A stretch of DNA of 64,000 nt, from NCBI RefSeq assembly GCF_022045235.1, contig NW_027266273.1:27838001-27902000 (forward strand), in the 5' to 3' direction. A program made the translations under genes and the position numbers. Within the stretch, counting starts at the first letter, position 1. Each line of letters begins with the position of its first letter. This document shows positions 15,338 to 28,900 of this stretch, one piece after another. The notes beneath the pieces are model-generated. The model made no database searches. It saw only the letters and a program-made list of their open reading frames with translations, and was not told the DNA's origin. Source of the DNA: Haliotis cracherodii (lineage: Eukaryota).

Positions 15338-15503
15338 GGGGCGGTCTGGCAGCCTAGTGCTAAAGCGTTGGCTCGTCACGTCGTGGATCCGGGTTCGATT
15401 CCCTACATGGGTACAATGTGTGAAGCCCATTTCTGGTGTCCCCCGCCGTGATATTGCTGGAATATTGCTAAAAGCGGCATAAAACCACACTCACTCACTC
15501 ACT
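15338..15503 (+). mobile_element. tRNA-derived SINE, family A
   Basis: A-box-like GGCAGCCTAGTG, B-box GGTTCGATTCC, (CACT)n tail and TSD TCTTGTC. Other copies at about 38558-38717, 49312-49466, 49757-49908 (minus), 54641-54791, 58447-58569 and 61831-61958. Confidence 0.85.
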
Positions 15504-16621
15504 CTTGTCATAACAGGCACAACTTGCAGTATTCAGTCTTTTAAGTTGAAGAAAACTGTCCACTAACAAGTTATTTCAAAGTGATAATAGGCACTAATTA
15601 CTGTAATATATTTTCCAATGTAAAGTCCTTATTTTATCAAGAACCCTAAAATTAGACGGATGGCATCCATGTGACGCCAAGTTTTGTTGTCAGGAGCGTT
15701 GGATCCGCCATACCACATGGAATCCTATTGTCACTAGATGAGATGTTGTCAGACGAGCATTCGGAATCTGCCGTTGTTAACCCAGTAGTGAATGGGTACC
15801 CGATAGGATGTAAATCTAAAATCTTCTGACACCACACAGACCAGACAGCATGGTTTGTGTACTCCCCAGGGAGTTTAGAACACAGTTGAAATGCACATAC
15901 ATTGTATATGGGAAGCAAGGTCATATGCTTTGCGCATGTGTTGAGTCTTGTCCTATCTAAGCGACCTGTCATATCATTATTATTTATGGTAGAGTAGAAA
16001 GTCGCACAGAGGTGGCTAAAATTGAATGGTTTGGATTGGTTTGTTTGTTGTTTAACGCTGCACTCAGCAATATTCCAGCTAAATGACAGCGGTCTGTAAA
16101 TAATCGAGTTTGGATCAGACAATCCAGTGAATGACATCATGAGCATCTAGCAATAATTGAATGAAACAAATTTCGGCAGCAATACAGTATACTGACTCCG
16201 AGTTGACCAATTCTTGTTTTAGGCCCTCAATGCCGAGCACATGGCAGGGTAACAACAAGTACTATCTTGTAACGTCTTTCGGCATGACGCAGACGGGATC
16301 GAACCCCTGACCGTCATCTCTACCACTCGACCACGGAGTGGGTCATACACCATGCAAAACAAATCGTCAATGCGTCAGTGGCTTGTATACACAACATTCC
16401 TCCAATCCCCGTGAATAAGTGCAGCCGATATGCAGTGCAGTGGTGCCTTGTGTCAAAGTCCAGGAATGAAAAGAACCCGCGTATGGGAGATGTAATCTGA
16501 GTGCTCATTCACCAGAGCAGTCTTTGGCTTCCCTCTCACAGAAACCCATCTTCCCGAGGCAAGAGAGTTAACTGACTTTAAAAGTACAGTTTCCACCCTT
16601 GCCGAACCAGGCTGGAATTAC

Positions 16622-17762
16622 TGGGCTGATTGTGTGTCACAATGTGTGATCTGGTTGATTGTGTTTCACAGTGTGTGACCTGACTGATTGTGTGTCACAA
16701 TGTGTGATCTGGCTGATTGTGTCACAATGTGTGATCTGGCTGATTGTGTGTCACAGTCTGTGACTTGGCTGATCGTGTGACTTGGCTGATCATGTGTCAC
16801 AGATTGTGACCTGGTTGATTGTTTGTCACAATTGGTGACCTGGTTGATTGTGTGTCACAATGTGTGTCCTGGCTGATTGTGTGTCACAATGTGTGTCCTG
16901 GCTGATTGTGTGTCACAATGTGTGATCTGGCTGATTGTGTGTCACAATGTGTGACCTGTTTCATTGTGTTTCACAGTGTGTGACCTTACTGATTGTGTGT
17001 CACAATGTGTGACCTGGTTGATTGTGTCAGTCTGTGACTTGGCTGATCGTGTGTCACAGATTGTGACCTGGTTGATTGTGTGTCACAATGTGTGATCTGG
17101 CTGATTGTGTGTCACAATGTGTGACCTGCCTGTTTGTGTGTCACAATGTGTGTCCTGATTGATTGTGTGTCACAATGTGTGATCTGGCTGATTGTGTGTC
17201 ACAATGTGTGACCTGCCTGTTTGTGTGTCACAATGTGTGACCTGGTTGATTGTGTGTCACAATGTGTGTCCTGATTGATTGTGTGTCACAATGTGTGTCC
17301 TGGCTGATGTGTTTCACAATGTGTGTCCTGGCTGATGTGTTTCACAATGTGTGTCCTGGCTGATGTGTTTCACAATGTGTCTTGGCTGATTGTGTGTCTA
17401 AATGTGTGACCTGGTTGATTGTGTCACAATGTGTGACCTGGTTGATTGTGTGTCACAATGTGTGATCTGGCTGATTGTGTGTCACAATGTGTGACCTGGT
17501 AAATTGTGTTTCACAGGGGCAACTTTGGCGAAACTCCGACCTCCAAAAGTCGCCGTTCTAACATTAGGCACAGAGAGTAGGGACTGGCAGCTTGATCTGA
17601 GAGATCTCCCAGGCATGTACTCTTCAAGAAGCTCGCTGATATAAGTTGGTTTTTGATTGTGTCTCGCATTGAACACAATCATCATCACTTTATACTGTGT
17701 GACACAATGTGTGACCTGGTTGATTGTGTGTCACAATGTGTGATCTGGTTGATTGTGTGTCA
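16622..17762. repeat. Intergenic 29-bp minisatellite, about 30 copies, interrupted by a LINE fragment
   Basis: Unit CTGGCTGATTGTGTGTCACAATGTGTGAC at 16622-17515, with residual units at 17697-17762. Confidence 0.95.
17516..17660 (-). mobile_element. LINE ORF2 C-terminal fragment (CR1/L2-like clade inferred)
   Basis: Minus frame reads PTYISELLEEYMPGRSLRSSCQSLLSVPNVRTATFGGRSFAKVAP, resembling the P.Y...L....P.R.LRS...L.VP......GRSF...AP tail of non-LTR reverse transcriptases. Confidence 0.7.
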
Positions 17763-19918
17763 TCATAAATTACTTCTCATGCCATCAATTACTGGTGGGC
17801 TCAGACTTTCATTCACATCAGTTCCAGAAATGTTTGACTGATCCGATAAAACAGGGTGGAACTAATATGATATATACCTGTATATCAGTGAAGATAATTC
17901 GCTTGCTGCTGGGAACAAAACGATCATCAAAGCATTTCTTAAAGATTTACTGAAAAATATGGATTTGTTCAGAATCATAACATATATTGGACAATTACTG
18001 ATTTACAATAAAAGACTGAAATCATTAACAAGCACATCAAGGATAATAAGGAAGCTAATCCATCAACATCAGAGACCATAACGGCTGCAGCTGTAGGTTA
18101 TCACTGATGATCACTGCCACTCTAATGAGTGTACGTCTTAAGACTTCATTAGCCCAATAAACAGTATTGTGCACTGCTTAATTGTCAGGGGTAACTCTTT
18201 TGTTCCATATTCTCTGGTCAACAGATATACCTGTATACACAACACCAAAGGGCCAAACAAAGTAAGGAGCAAGTTAACTTAATAATAATATGGACAATTC
18301 AAAACAAGTCTCTTACAGATAACAAGTTCTTCTTCCCCGTGATTACACATGACCATGAAATTATTTATAATGAATATGTTAAGGGATTGTAGGTTTGAGG
18401 TTTGAACTGGTCCCAACAAATGCATATACATAATTATATTGATAACAGTCAAGTCACGGTGCCGTGTGAGGACTATGTTATGGATGGACTTGTTGCTGCA
18501 GAATCAGGTCACTTGAATATCACCAACTCATCTGCAAACAAAAGCAGTATTACACAAGTGAATACTGCAGTTATGGTTTCCATAATCAAACAGAAAGATT
18601 CTCAGAGTCACAAAGTTAACAAATGTCTAGCCCTTGACTTGAACATCTTTCCAAGGCAACTGACTATAAAAGACCAGTTTCCACCCTTGCCGCACTAGGC
18701 TGGAATTTCTGGGCTCGATCGTAGCACCAACAGTGGAAATTACGAGTGATGTCCCTTCTCTGTCCCTCCTACTGACAAATCAGATTCCACCTCTCATATC
18801 ACTTACACCTGCTTCAAACAAAATGGTGGTGCCCAATCAAGACAATCTGACTGATAATCAAATCACATGAGAACCTTGATTAAAAACATGAACAAATTTG
18901 GAAAACAATAAGTTGGTTGTACACATGCTTTGCAAATCCTGCAATTGACTGAAATCTGCATGGCAGTTTACTAACCAGATGTCGATTTATTTTTTTTCAA
19001 TTTTGATTGGACTATGCAAGGACTTTTATAGTCAGTTAAATCCCTTGCCTTGGGAAGATGTGACTAGAAGTGAGTGTCTTCACTGCGTGTTTAGTACTGA
19101 ATAGCAAAGTGGTTGTTATGTGTATTTATCATACAATGGAAAGTGTTATAATGCGATAAATCAATCTGATTAACTTGGTATCACCATCCAATAAATATGC
19201 AAATGAGGTTACCTAAGAACTACTAATAACCCCCAAACATCAATGTAAAGTATTGTCTGATTTTCCCAGTTGAGATAGGGGTTCACATGGTGTTTGCACA
19301 GACAACCATTGCAGAAAGTCCACTGGCACAATATGATAAAATAGGCATTCACACAAACATTATATTCATTGTGTTTCTGCATTGTGAATATCCTATCACA
19401 AGAACAAAGAAATGCATACAAGAAAATACAAGAATTATTCCAAACATATGATATTTACGATACAGAAACACATGCTGCTAACAATCTCTAATTACCAGGC
19501 AAATTCTAAGCAAGTATCAACACCTCTGCAGAATGTTGTCAAACAGTAGATAACAAAGACACCTCAAGCCTTCCTGGTGATTAGTCAGACCTTTTGAGGT
19601 ATTAATATTCCTGCTCTTAGAGAAGACCTAATCACCCCTGCCAAACACCTGAAGTGTGAAGATCGATGCGATGTCAGAAATAGGCACTAGTCCTGTAGTT
19701 AAGTTATCATAAGGACTAGAAGACATTTGTCGTTTTTAAGGTTTTTACTATACGTTATCATCATAAGGACCAGTGGGCCAAACTGTTAGTTTCTACCACT
19801 GCTTCCTGATGATTAGTCAGATCTCTTGAGGTATTCATATCCCTGCTCTTGCAGAAAACCTAATCACCCCTGCCAAACACCTGACGTGTGACGACCGATG
19901 TACAAACCTGGGGCTGGT

Positions 19919-22900
19919 CTATTTGTCAGATATGATCTGCCTTGCAATCAGCTCCTTCATGATTTCATTAGCACCCCCATAGATGGGCTGGACCCTGGAG
20001 TCCACGAAGGCGCGGGCGATAGGGTACTCCAGCATGTAGCCCCACCCCCCATGAAGTTGGACACACTGGGTGGCAATCTTCTGTTGCAGATCCGAAATCC
20101 TGCAACATGGAGAGTTACTACCATGCATCATACTCTCCACAGCACAGGTGAATATATATATATATATATATATATAGAAAAAGCACAGTAAAGTTCTAAC
20201 TCTAAGGCACAATATAATAATAATTAAATAAGTGCAGTAAGATTGAACACAGTTTTAATTGGCTAGCGCTTTCCACTCGTACCACATACGAGTCTCATCA
20301 GGCCATAACTGAATAACTACTTCATGTCCGTAGAACATGCGTGACTCATACGTGGTACGAGTGGAAAGCGCTAGCCAATTAAAATTGTTTTCAATCTTAC
20401 TCCACTTACTTAATTTTATATTAAATGTACAAAGAATAAAAAAAGAAGTTGCTACCCTTAAAAAGTGCCATGCATTCATGTTTTCCCAACTTCTAAATGC
20501 CTATCAAAGACTTCTCCACAGGTGGTGCACATACACCCAACATGTTTCAGTCACAATGATTTGTTTGGAGTGTTTGTTGTTTAACATCACATTCATCAAT
20601 ATTCAAGCCACATCATGGTTCCCTGGACAAAAGAGGGTCTGTACCATACCAACCAGTGATTTCTTTGAGTGGCATTTAGAAGTTGGGTGTGATGAAGTAA
20701 GACGAGTTCTATGGATGAACAACTTCTTTATTACAATTAGTGCGACGTTTCGGTGTAGATCCCAACACCTTTATCAAGCAAGTGATGATAAACTTGCTTG
20801 ATAAAGGTGTTAGGATCTACACCGAAACGTCGCACTAATTGTAATAAAGAAGTTGTTCATCCATAGAACTCTTCTTACTTCAACCAGTGATTGATATTAT
20901 GTGCACTGTCCGTCACACAAACTTACTAACACCCCATTTGTTCAATGTAGTCTGCAGCTCATCGGAATTCTGTTATATTTGCGATGTTTCAGTAATTTTC
21001 ACATGAAATTATTTACCACACAGCTGATATAAAGGTAAAGGCAGAAACTGGAACAAAATGTAACATGTATTAGCTAGTACCTCAACAAAGTGCAAAAATA
21101 AAACAGATAAAATTGCAGTTAAATGTTCATGTTCAAAATTGGTTTGGAATTCTGTGAGCAACTTTACAAGGCCACACAGCTGGGGTACTATCCTGTGCTG
21201 GAAGGAAGGGTGTTCTACTGACCAGTATTTAGGGCCATATTCTGTGAAGGAAGGTATGTTCTACTGACCAGTATTTAGGGCCATATTCTGTGAAGGAAGG
21301 TATGTTCTACTAACCAGTATTTAGGGCCATATCCTGTGAAGGAAGGTATGTTCTACTGACCAGTATTTGGGGTCATATCCTGTGAAGGAAGGAAGGTTTG
21401 TTCTACTGACCAGTATTTGGGGTCATATCCTGTGAAGGAAGGTTTGTTCTACTGACCAGTATTTGGGGTCATATCCTGTGAAGGAGGGAAGGTTTGTTCT
21501 ACTGACCAGTATTTGGGGTCATATCCTGTGATAGAAGGAAGGTTTGTTCTACTGACCAGTATTTGGGGTCATATCCTGTGAAGGAAGGTTTGATCTAATG
21601 ACCAGTATTTGGGGTCATATCCTGTGAAGGAAGGAAGGTTTGTTCTACTGACCGGTATTTGGGGTCATATCCTGTGAAGGAAGGAAGGTTTGTTCTACTG
21701 ACCGGTATTTGGGGTCATATCCTGTGAAGGAAGGAAGGTTGATCTACTGACCAGTATTTGGGGTCATATCCTGTGAAGGAAGGAAGGTTTGTTCTACTGA
21801 CCAGTATTTGGGGTCATATCCTGTGAAGGAAGGAAGGTTTGTTCTACTGACCAGTATTTGGGGTCATATCCTGTGAAGGAAGGTTTGATCTACTGACCAG
21901 TATTTAGGGTCATATTCTGTGAAGGAAGGAAGGTTTGTTCTACTGACCGGTATTTGGGGTCATATCCTGTGAAGGAAGGAAGGTTTGTTCTACTGACCAG
22001 TATTTGGGGTCATATCCTGTGAAGGAAGGAAGGTTTGATCTACTGACCAGTATTTGGGGTCATATCCTGTGAAGGAAGGTTTGTTCTACTGACCAGTATT
22101 TGGGGTCATATCCTGTGTAGAAGGAAGGTTTGTTCTACTGACCAGTATTTGGGGTCATATCCTGTGAAGGAAGGAAGGTTTGTTCTACTGACCAGTATTT
22201 GGGGTCATATCCTGTGAAGGAAGGTTTGTTCTACTGACCAGTATTTGGGGTCATATCCTGTGAAGGAAGGAAGGTTTGGTCTACTGACCAGTATTTGGGG
22301 TCATATCCTGTGAAGGAAGGTTTGTTCTACTGACCAGTATTTGGGGTCATATCCTGTGAAGGAAGGTTTGATCTACTGACCAGTATTTGGGGTCATATCC
22401 TGTGAAGGAAGGTTTGTTCTACTGACCGGTATTTGGGGTCATATCCTGTGATAGAAGGAAGGTTTGTTCTACTGACCAGTATTTGGGGTCATTTCCTGTG
22501 AAGGAAGGAAGGTTGATCTACTGACCAGTATTTGGGGTCATATCCTGTGAAGGAAGGAAGGTTTGTTCTACTGACCAGTATTTTGGGTCATATCCTGTGA
22601 AGGAAGGAAGGTTTGTTCTACTGACCGGTATTTGGGGTCATATCCTGTGAAGGAAGGAAGGTTTGTTCTACTGACCGGTATTTGGGGTCATATCCTGTGA
22701 AGGAAGGAAGGTTGATCTACTGACCAGTATTTGGGGTCATTTCCTGTGAAGGAAGGAAGGTTGATCTACTGACCAGTATTTGGGGTCATATCCTGTGAAG
22801 GAAGGAAGGTTGTTCTACTGACCAGTATTTGGCCATGGAGGCCATGCCATTGTCAAGCTTCCTCTTGTTGTGCAGCTCTAGACACTGATCAACAAATGCT

Positions 22901-25900
22901 CGGCCAACGCAGACATCGGTCTTCATCTCTGCCAACTTGTGCTGGATTGTCTGTACAACACAGAGCACATTTTAGCACATTAGACAATTCTTAATGTTCT
23001 TTAAAATAGCAAGAATCATGTGGATAACATTTCCAACACTACCTGCAGATTAGAGAGGGTCCTGCCAAAAGCCTTGCGTTGTTTGACGTAGGACCTCGTC
23101 TCTTCAAACATCCACTCACAGGATGCTATGCCCATGTCTGCGATGATAAGCCTCTCTTGGGGCAGCTCTCCCATCAGGTAGTAGAATCCTTTGTTCTCCT
23201 CTCCCAGCAGGGCTTCCTTCGGGAGACGCACATCCTCAAAAAACAGCTCTGCCGTATCCTGAGAATTAACAGATTGGATTTGATTGTTTGTTTGTTCGTT
23301 GTTTAAGACCATTCTCAGCATTATTCCAGCTATATGATGGCAGTCTGTAAATAATCAAGTCTGGACCAGCCAATCCAGTGATTGACGTCATGAACATCAA
23401 TCCACTTAATTGGGATATGATGACATGCAAAAACCAAGTCAGCGAGCCTGACAACCTTACCCCGTTAGTCGCCTCTTATGACAAGCATGGGTCGCTGAAG
23501 ACTTACTCTACCCTGGACCTTCACGGGTTTAACAGATTGGAAATCAGCGTCAGTGGTCGTATTATGTACATAAGGTTTCAGGAAACTATGTGACCTTCAA
23601 TGGGCCCTCCTATCTATTTTTTAATAAAATGTGTGGAATGGTTTCAAAATGAAGGCATATTGTTAGCATAGCTTCCACATTGGAACTGAATGCATTTAGT
23701 ATGTGAATATTTAGTATGTGAATATTGAGTATGAGATATGACCAAATGTGTTTGGCTGCCGATGCTTTCAATTCAAATGGCTGCCATGTGGTGAATCCAA
23801 TGCGAACCACTGCTACAACGTTAGTTACTGCTTTCATATCGCATTTGAAACTATTCCTTCGCACTTGGTAATAAAGGTGTGCAGTTTAATCGGTAAATTC
23901 ATTCTTTCCATGATACATATCACAATATCATTGTTCATGCTTGATCTATCGGGTGATTTCAAATAAGGATTTTTATCATGTGTTTAATGTTATTTTCTTG
24001 CCAAACGCCTTCACTGCCCTACAGCATGCATCTGCAGCCCCAAGATGGCTGCGTATTTATTGACTGAGCAAACATCATATTGTACCAGCATCTTGTTTTG
24101 TTCCATTAATGAACTTCAATTCATACCTTTGCGTATCAGATTGCTTCTGAAGTCAAACTTTAGAATGATACAATATATCATGAAACCTTTCCCAATATGG
24201 CCTTGTGCATCGTAAAATATTGGGATACTCTTTAAACCTCCAATACACATACCTACTTGGTAGCTATTGCTACAAACACTATTGCTCATATTAATTCTGA
24301 TAATGCTTGTTTATTCAGATAGATGGGAGGGCCTGAGTCACAGCTGCTATGAAATGTTGGACTCATGAATTTAACAAAATTTAACGTTTATATGTTTTTG
24401 ACTTCCAGCTCATGAACCTTCTTTGAAAGCTCCACACACTGATGGTTGTTCATAAGACTGTTAAGAGTTTGTTCCAGCCAATACCTGAGCCTTCATCCCC
24501 ATCTTCTCCAGTTTGCGACCTTTGATGAACCCAGGAGTCCCCGCATCCACCAGGAACAGACTGATGCCATGGGCGGCCGACTTGGCGCTGGTGTTGGTCA
24601 GTGCCACTACGATGACCAGGTCACACATGTAACCATTGGTGATGAACACCTTGCTGCCATTGAGAATGTAGTCCGATCCATCCTTCTTGGCATTGGTTCT
24701 CACTCCCTGTAAATCACTGGAAGAATCAAGAAGTAAAATTATTTGTGTGAGTGGCATTTACAGTCAAGATGAACAGGACAAGTTCTTATGAGGCTATGAT
24801 TCAGTGTATTTTCCAGATTTGGTGCTGAATAATAGCCATGTAAATAACAATATATGACAAACACTCTTATTCTGAAACCAAAACTCAATCGGTTCACATG
24901 AGGTGAGATGAGTAATGTTGTGTTGAAGAATACTGCATCTACATAACGACGTGCATGCACATGTATGTGTGTGTATGGGTGCTTGTACTAGTCTGGAGGT
25001 ATGTCGGTTTTATAGTGCCAGGCGGCTAGCCCACTGAGACATCATGCCGCAGTTTAACATGAATACCCCACACTGACACAGTTTACTGTATCCGAGCCAA
25101 CCAGTCTTTGTGTAATACCCTTAAAGCTGATCACCAGGCAAGGTAACAATAAGTACCATGTATTGACTTTATTGCTATGACACGGCCAGGAGATCAAACC
25201 ACAGACCTTCAGCTCTCTGAAGGGACGCCTTATCCACTAGACCATGGAGGCAGTCTGGTCCACATGGGACACATCAGACAAAGTAATCAGGTGGTATATT
25301 CTGTTGCTGGAGCTAGAATTGAAATTTCCTGACCAGTGAACTATAAATAGTCGGCATCCTGGCATTGACATAATTTCTATTTTGCCATAAAAATACAATA
25401 AATCTGACCTGCCTGCACCAGGTTCTGTCATAGCGATGGCGCCGATGCAGGTGCCCGCCATCATCCGAGGAATGTACTTCTCCACCTGTTCCCTGCTGCC
25501 GTAGTTGGTGATGTAGGGCATGACGATGTCCGAGTGTAACGCGAACCCTACACCAGAGTTGTTACCGTACATTCTACAAAAGAGAATGTAGCTTAATGCT
25601 GCAGTCAGAATATTCCAGCAAGTTCATGTAAACAATCGAGGACTGACCAGACATATCGGTGGTAGATATTAATGTAACATTAACATAAAGCAACATCCCT
25701 TGTCATCATAATGCGATCACACGCATCAACTAACAGCAGTAGAAACTAACATTGTTAACACTAGTCCTTCTAATGATAACATATAGCAAAACTCTTAAAA
25801 AAGGCAAATTTCTACTAGTCCTTATGACACCTTCACTATTGGGCTGTTTGGAAAGGACTACAGTTTTGGTTTGTTGTTTTACGCCGCACTCAGCAATATT

Positions 25901-28900
25901 CCAGCTTTATGACGGCGGTCTGTAAATAATCTAGTCTGGACCAGACAATCCAGTGATTGATATCATGAGCATCGATCCACGCAATTGGGATCAATGACAT
26001 GCAACCAAGTCAGCGATCCTGACCACCCGATCCCGTTAGTCGCCTCTTACGACAAGCATATTCGCCTTTTACGGCAAGCATGGGTTACTGAAGACCAATT
26101 CTACCCTGGATCTTCACGGGTCGGAAAGGACTACAGGACTAGTGCCAATATATAAGGCTGACTTAAGTCACTGAGCCTAACCACTTGTTCCCAGATGCTA
26201 TCTCTAATGATAAGCATGGTTACTTGCGTCCAAATTCCATCCCAGAATTCCCATGGGGTCTACAAAAGGTGACACATTCAAACTCATCCAGTCTTTCGAA
26301 CAATGGCATATTTTGTGATGGTATGTAATGTTAAAGCTTTAAAGAGGCACTCATCAGAAGCAACATGTCGGACATTTTCCCAAAGCAAGCATATCCACTA
26401 GCCTATATCAAGGCCTAGTTACTACCCTTGCCACACCAAGGCCACTTTTCTTGGCTCGACCCTGGCGCCACCTTGCATAGATCACAAGTTATGCCTCTTG
26501 TTATGAAAACGAGATATCCAATCAGATCGCTGTAGCTTCACAAAGATGGTGACTACCAAAGGCAACGACCTACCTAGTCGATCATATAACGAAAACATTC
26601 TCGATGTCATTCCTGACACAAAAATGTAGGCAATCTAAGGGGCGTCCAAAAGATGAAAAGACAAATTCGTGTAAACACAAACAGGCAGCAGTAAATCACT
26701 TTCATACCAAGGTGTACCAGTCGTGTACGTTGATTTTGTGAAACGTTCTCTGTTTGGAGATATGTGCGATAGTCCAACCATATTTACTACAGGAAAGTGG
26801 GCTTGATGTGGTAAGGGGGAAACAAGACTTTGATAAAAAGGCTAGTGGATGCTCTTGCCTCAGGAAGATGCTTGTCGGAGTGATTGGGTGTTATGATAGA
26901 GCTACATCAAACTTAGGCCTGATATACAAATACAGCAGTCCTCGGTTCCGTTCCACAAAGCGATTGTAGTGCTATGATCATCGAAACTCTCGTACTTTAA
27001 CATAGACTTAGAATGGTGGTAGCGCTATGCTCCCTTTGTGAAACGCGACTCTGTGCTCCATTTCACAAAGTGATTGTAAGGCTATGACTGGGAATGTATC
27101 AGAGTTACTAATTTTAAGGTCCTCATGGGCAATAGAAATTGAATCAAAGGGTCCCCTAAATCTGTATCTGTCTTAACATTAGGACCATGAAACTAACCCC
27201 TGACTTTCAAGTCTAATGATAGTACTACTCATGTCTATATAAGTAATCCACTTCATGTGGTACCAGTCTATGTAATGGTTACAGAGCAGTGCATGTTCCT
27301 CTGACAGTATCATTTCTTCTCCGGTTTAGGTACAAACTCACTGTTCTTCCCAGGTAATGGCTGTTGAGAGGACGTCGCCACCAATACCTCCCGCTGTCTC
27401 TGGAGTCTGAATGCCCAGCAACCCGTTTGTCCCAGCCTGTTCCCACACCTACAACACAGGCAAACAGTGTGAACACCCAGCAACCTGTGTGTCCCATCCA
27501 GTTCCCACACCAACAACACAGGCAAACAGTGTGAACACCCAGCAACCCGTGTGTCCCAGCCTGTTCCCACACCAACAACACAGGCAAACAGAGTGAACAC
27601 CCAGCAACCCGTGTGTCCCAGCCTGTTCCCACACCTACAACACAGGCAAACAGTGTGAACACCCAGCAACCCGTGTGTCCCAGCCTGTTCCCACACCTAC
27701 AACAAAGGCAAACAGTGTGAACACCCAGCAACCTGTGTGTCCCAGCCTGTTCCCACACCAACAACACAGGCAAACAGTGTGAACACCCAGCAACCCGTGT
27801 GTCCCAGCCTGTTCCCACACCAACAACACAGGCAAACAGTGTGAACACCCAGCAACCTGTGTGTCCCATCCAGTTCCCACACCTACAACAAAGGCAAACA
27901 GTGTGAACACCCAGCAACCCGTGTGTCCCAGCCTGTTCCCACACCTACAACACAGGCAAACAGAGTGAACACCCAGCATCCCATGTGTCCCATCCAGTTC
28001 CCACACCAACAACAAAGGCAAACAGTGTGAACACCCAGCAACCTGTGTGTCCCAGCCTGTTCCCACACCAACAACACAGGCAGAGAGTGTGAACACCCAG
28101 CAACCCTTGTGTCCCAGCCTGTTCCCACAGCTACAACACAGGTAGAGAGTGTGAACACCCAGCAACCCTTGTGTCCCAGCCTGTTCCCACACCTACAACA
28201 CAGGCAAACAGTGTGAACACCCAGCAACCTGTGTGTCCCAGCCTGTTCCCACACCAACAACACAGGCAGAGAGTGTGAACACCCAGCAACCCTTGTGTCC
28301 CAGCCTGTTCCCACACCTACAACACAGGCAAACAGTGTGAACACCCAGCAACCTGTGTGTCCCAGCCTGTTCCCACACCAACAACACAGGCAGAGAGTGT
28401 GAACACCCAGCAACCCTTGTGTCCCAGCCTGTTCCCACACCTACAACACAGGCAAACAGTGTGAACACCCAGCAACCTGTGTGTCCCAGCCTGTTCCCAC
28501 ACCAACAACACAGGCAGAGAGTGTGAACACCCAGCAAACTTTGTGTCCCAGCCTGTTCCCACAGCTACAACACAGGTAGAAAGTATGAACACCCAGCAAC
28601 CCGTGTGTCCCAGCCTGTTCCCACATAAACAACACATCAAATGTGTCGCCACACAAAGTTTGTGCATGTACACCAAAAATGAGAAATACAGTGAAAAAGA
28701 AAGAAAAGAATCTTGAGGACATTTTGGATGACAGTCAGTGTCCTAGCTAATGAAACAATGTGAAACCATGGGGGTCATGTCTTCCACCCCTGGTCCCAGG
28801 TGACTCCATGCCTTGCTACACTTAAAAGTAGGATCATCAGCCAGTAACTTTACAACGTAAGTACCAGCTATCATGACCGGACTGGAGCCATGCAGGGCAA

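Noticed and set aside
15338-15420. tRNA-like A and B boxes
   Set aside because: SINE heads with a shared body, tail and TSD; no complete cloverleaf, so not tRNA genes.
27279-28722. Many overlapping Cys/Trp-rich ORFs (WEQAGTHGLLGVH repeats)
   Set aside because: Translations of the 62-bp array; only 27448-27342 is a real exon.
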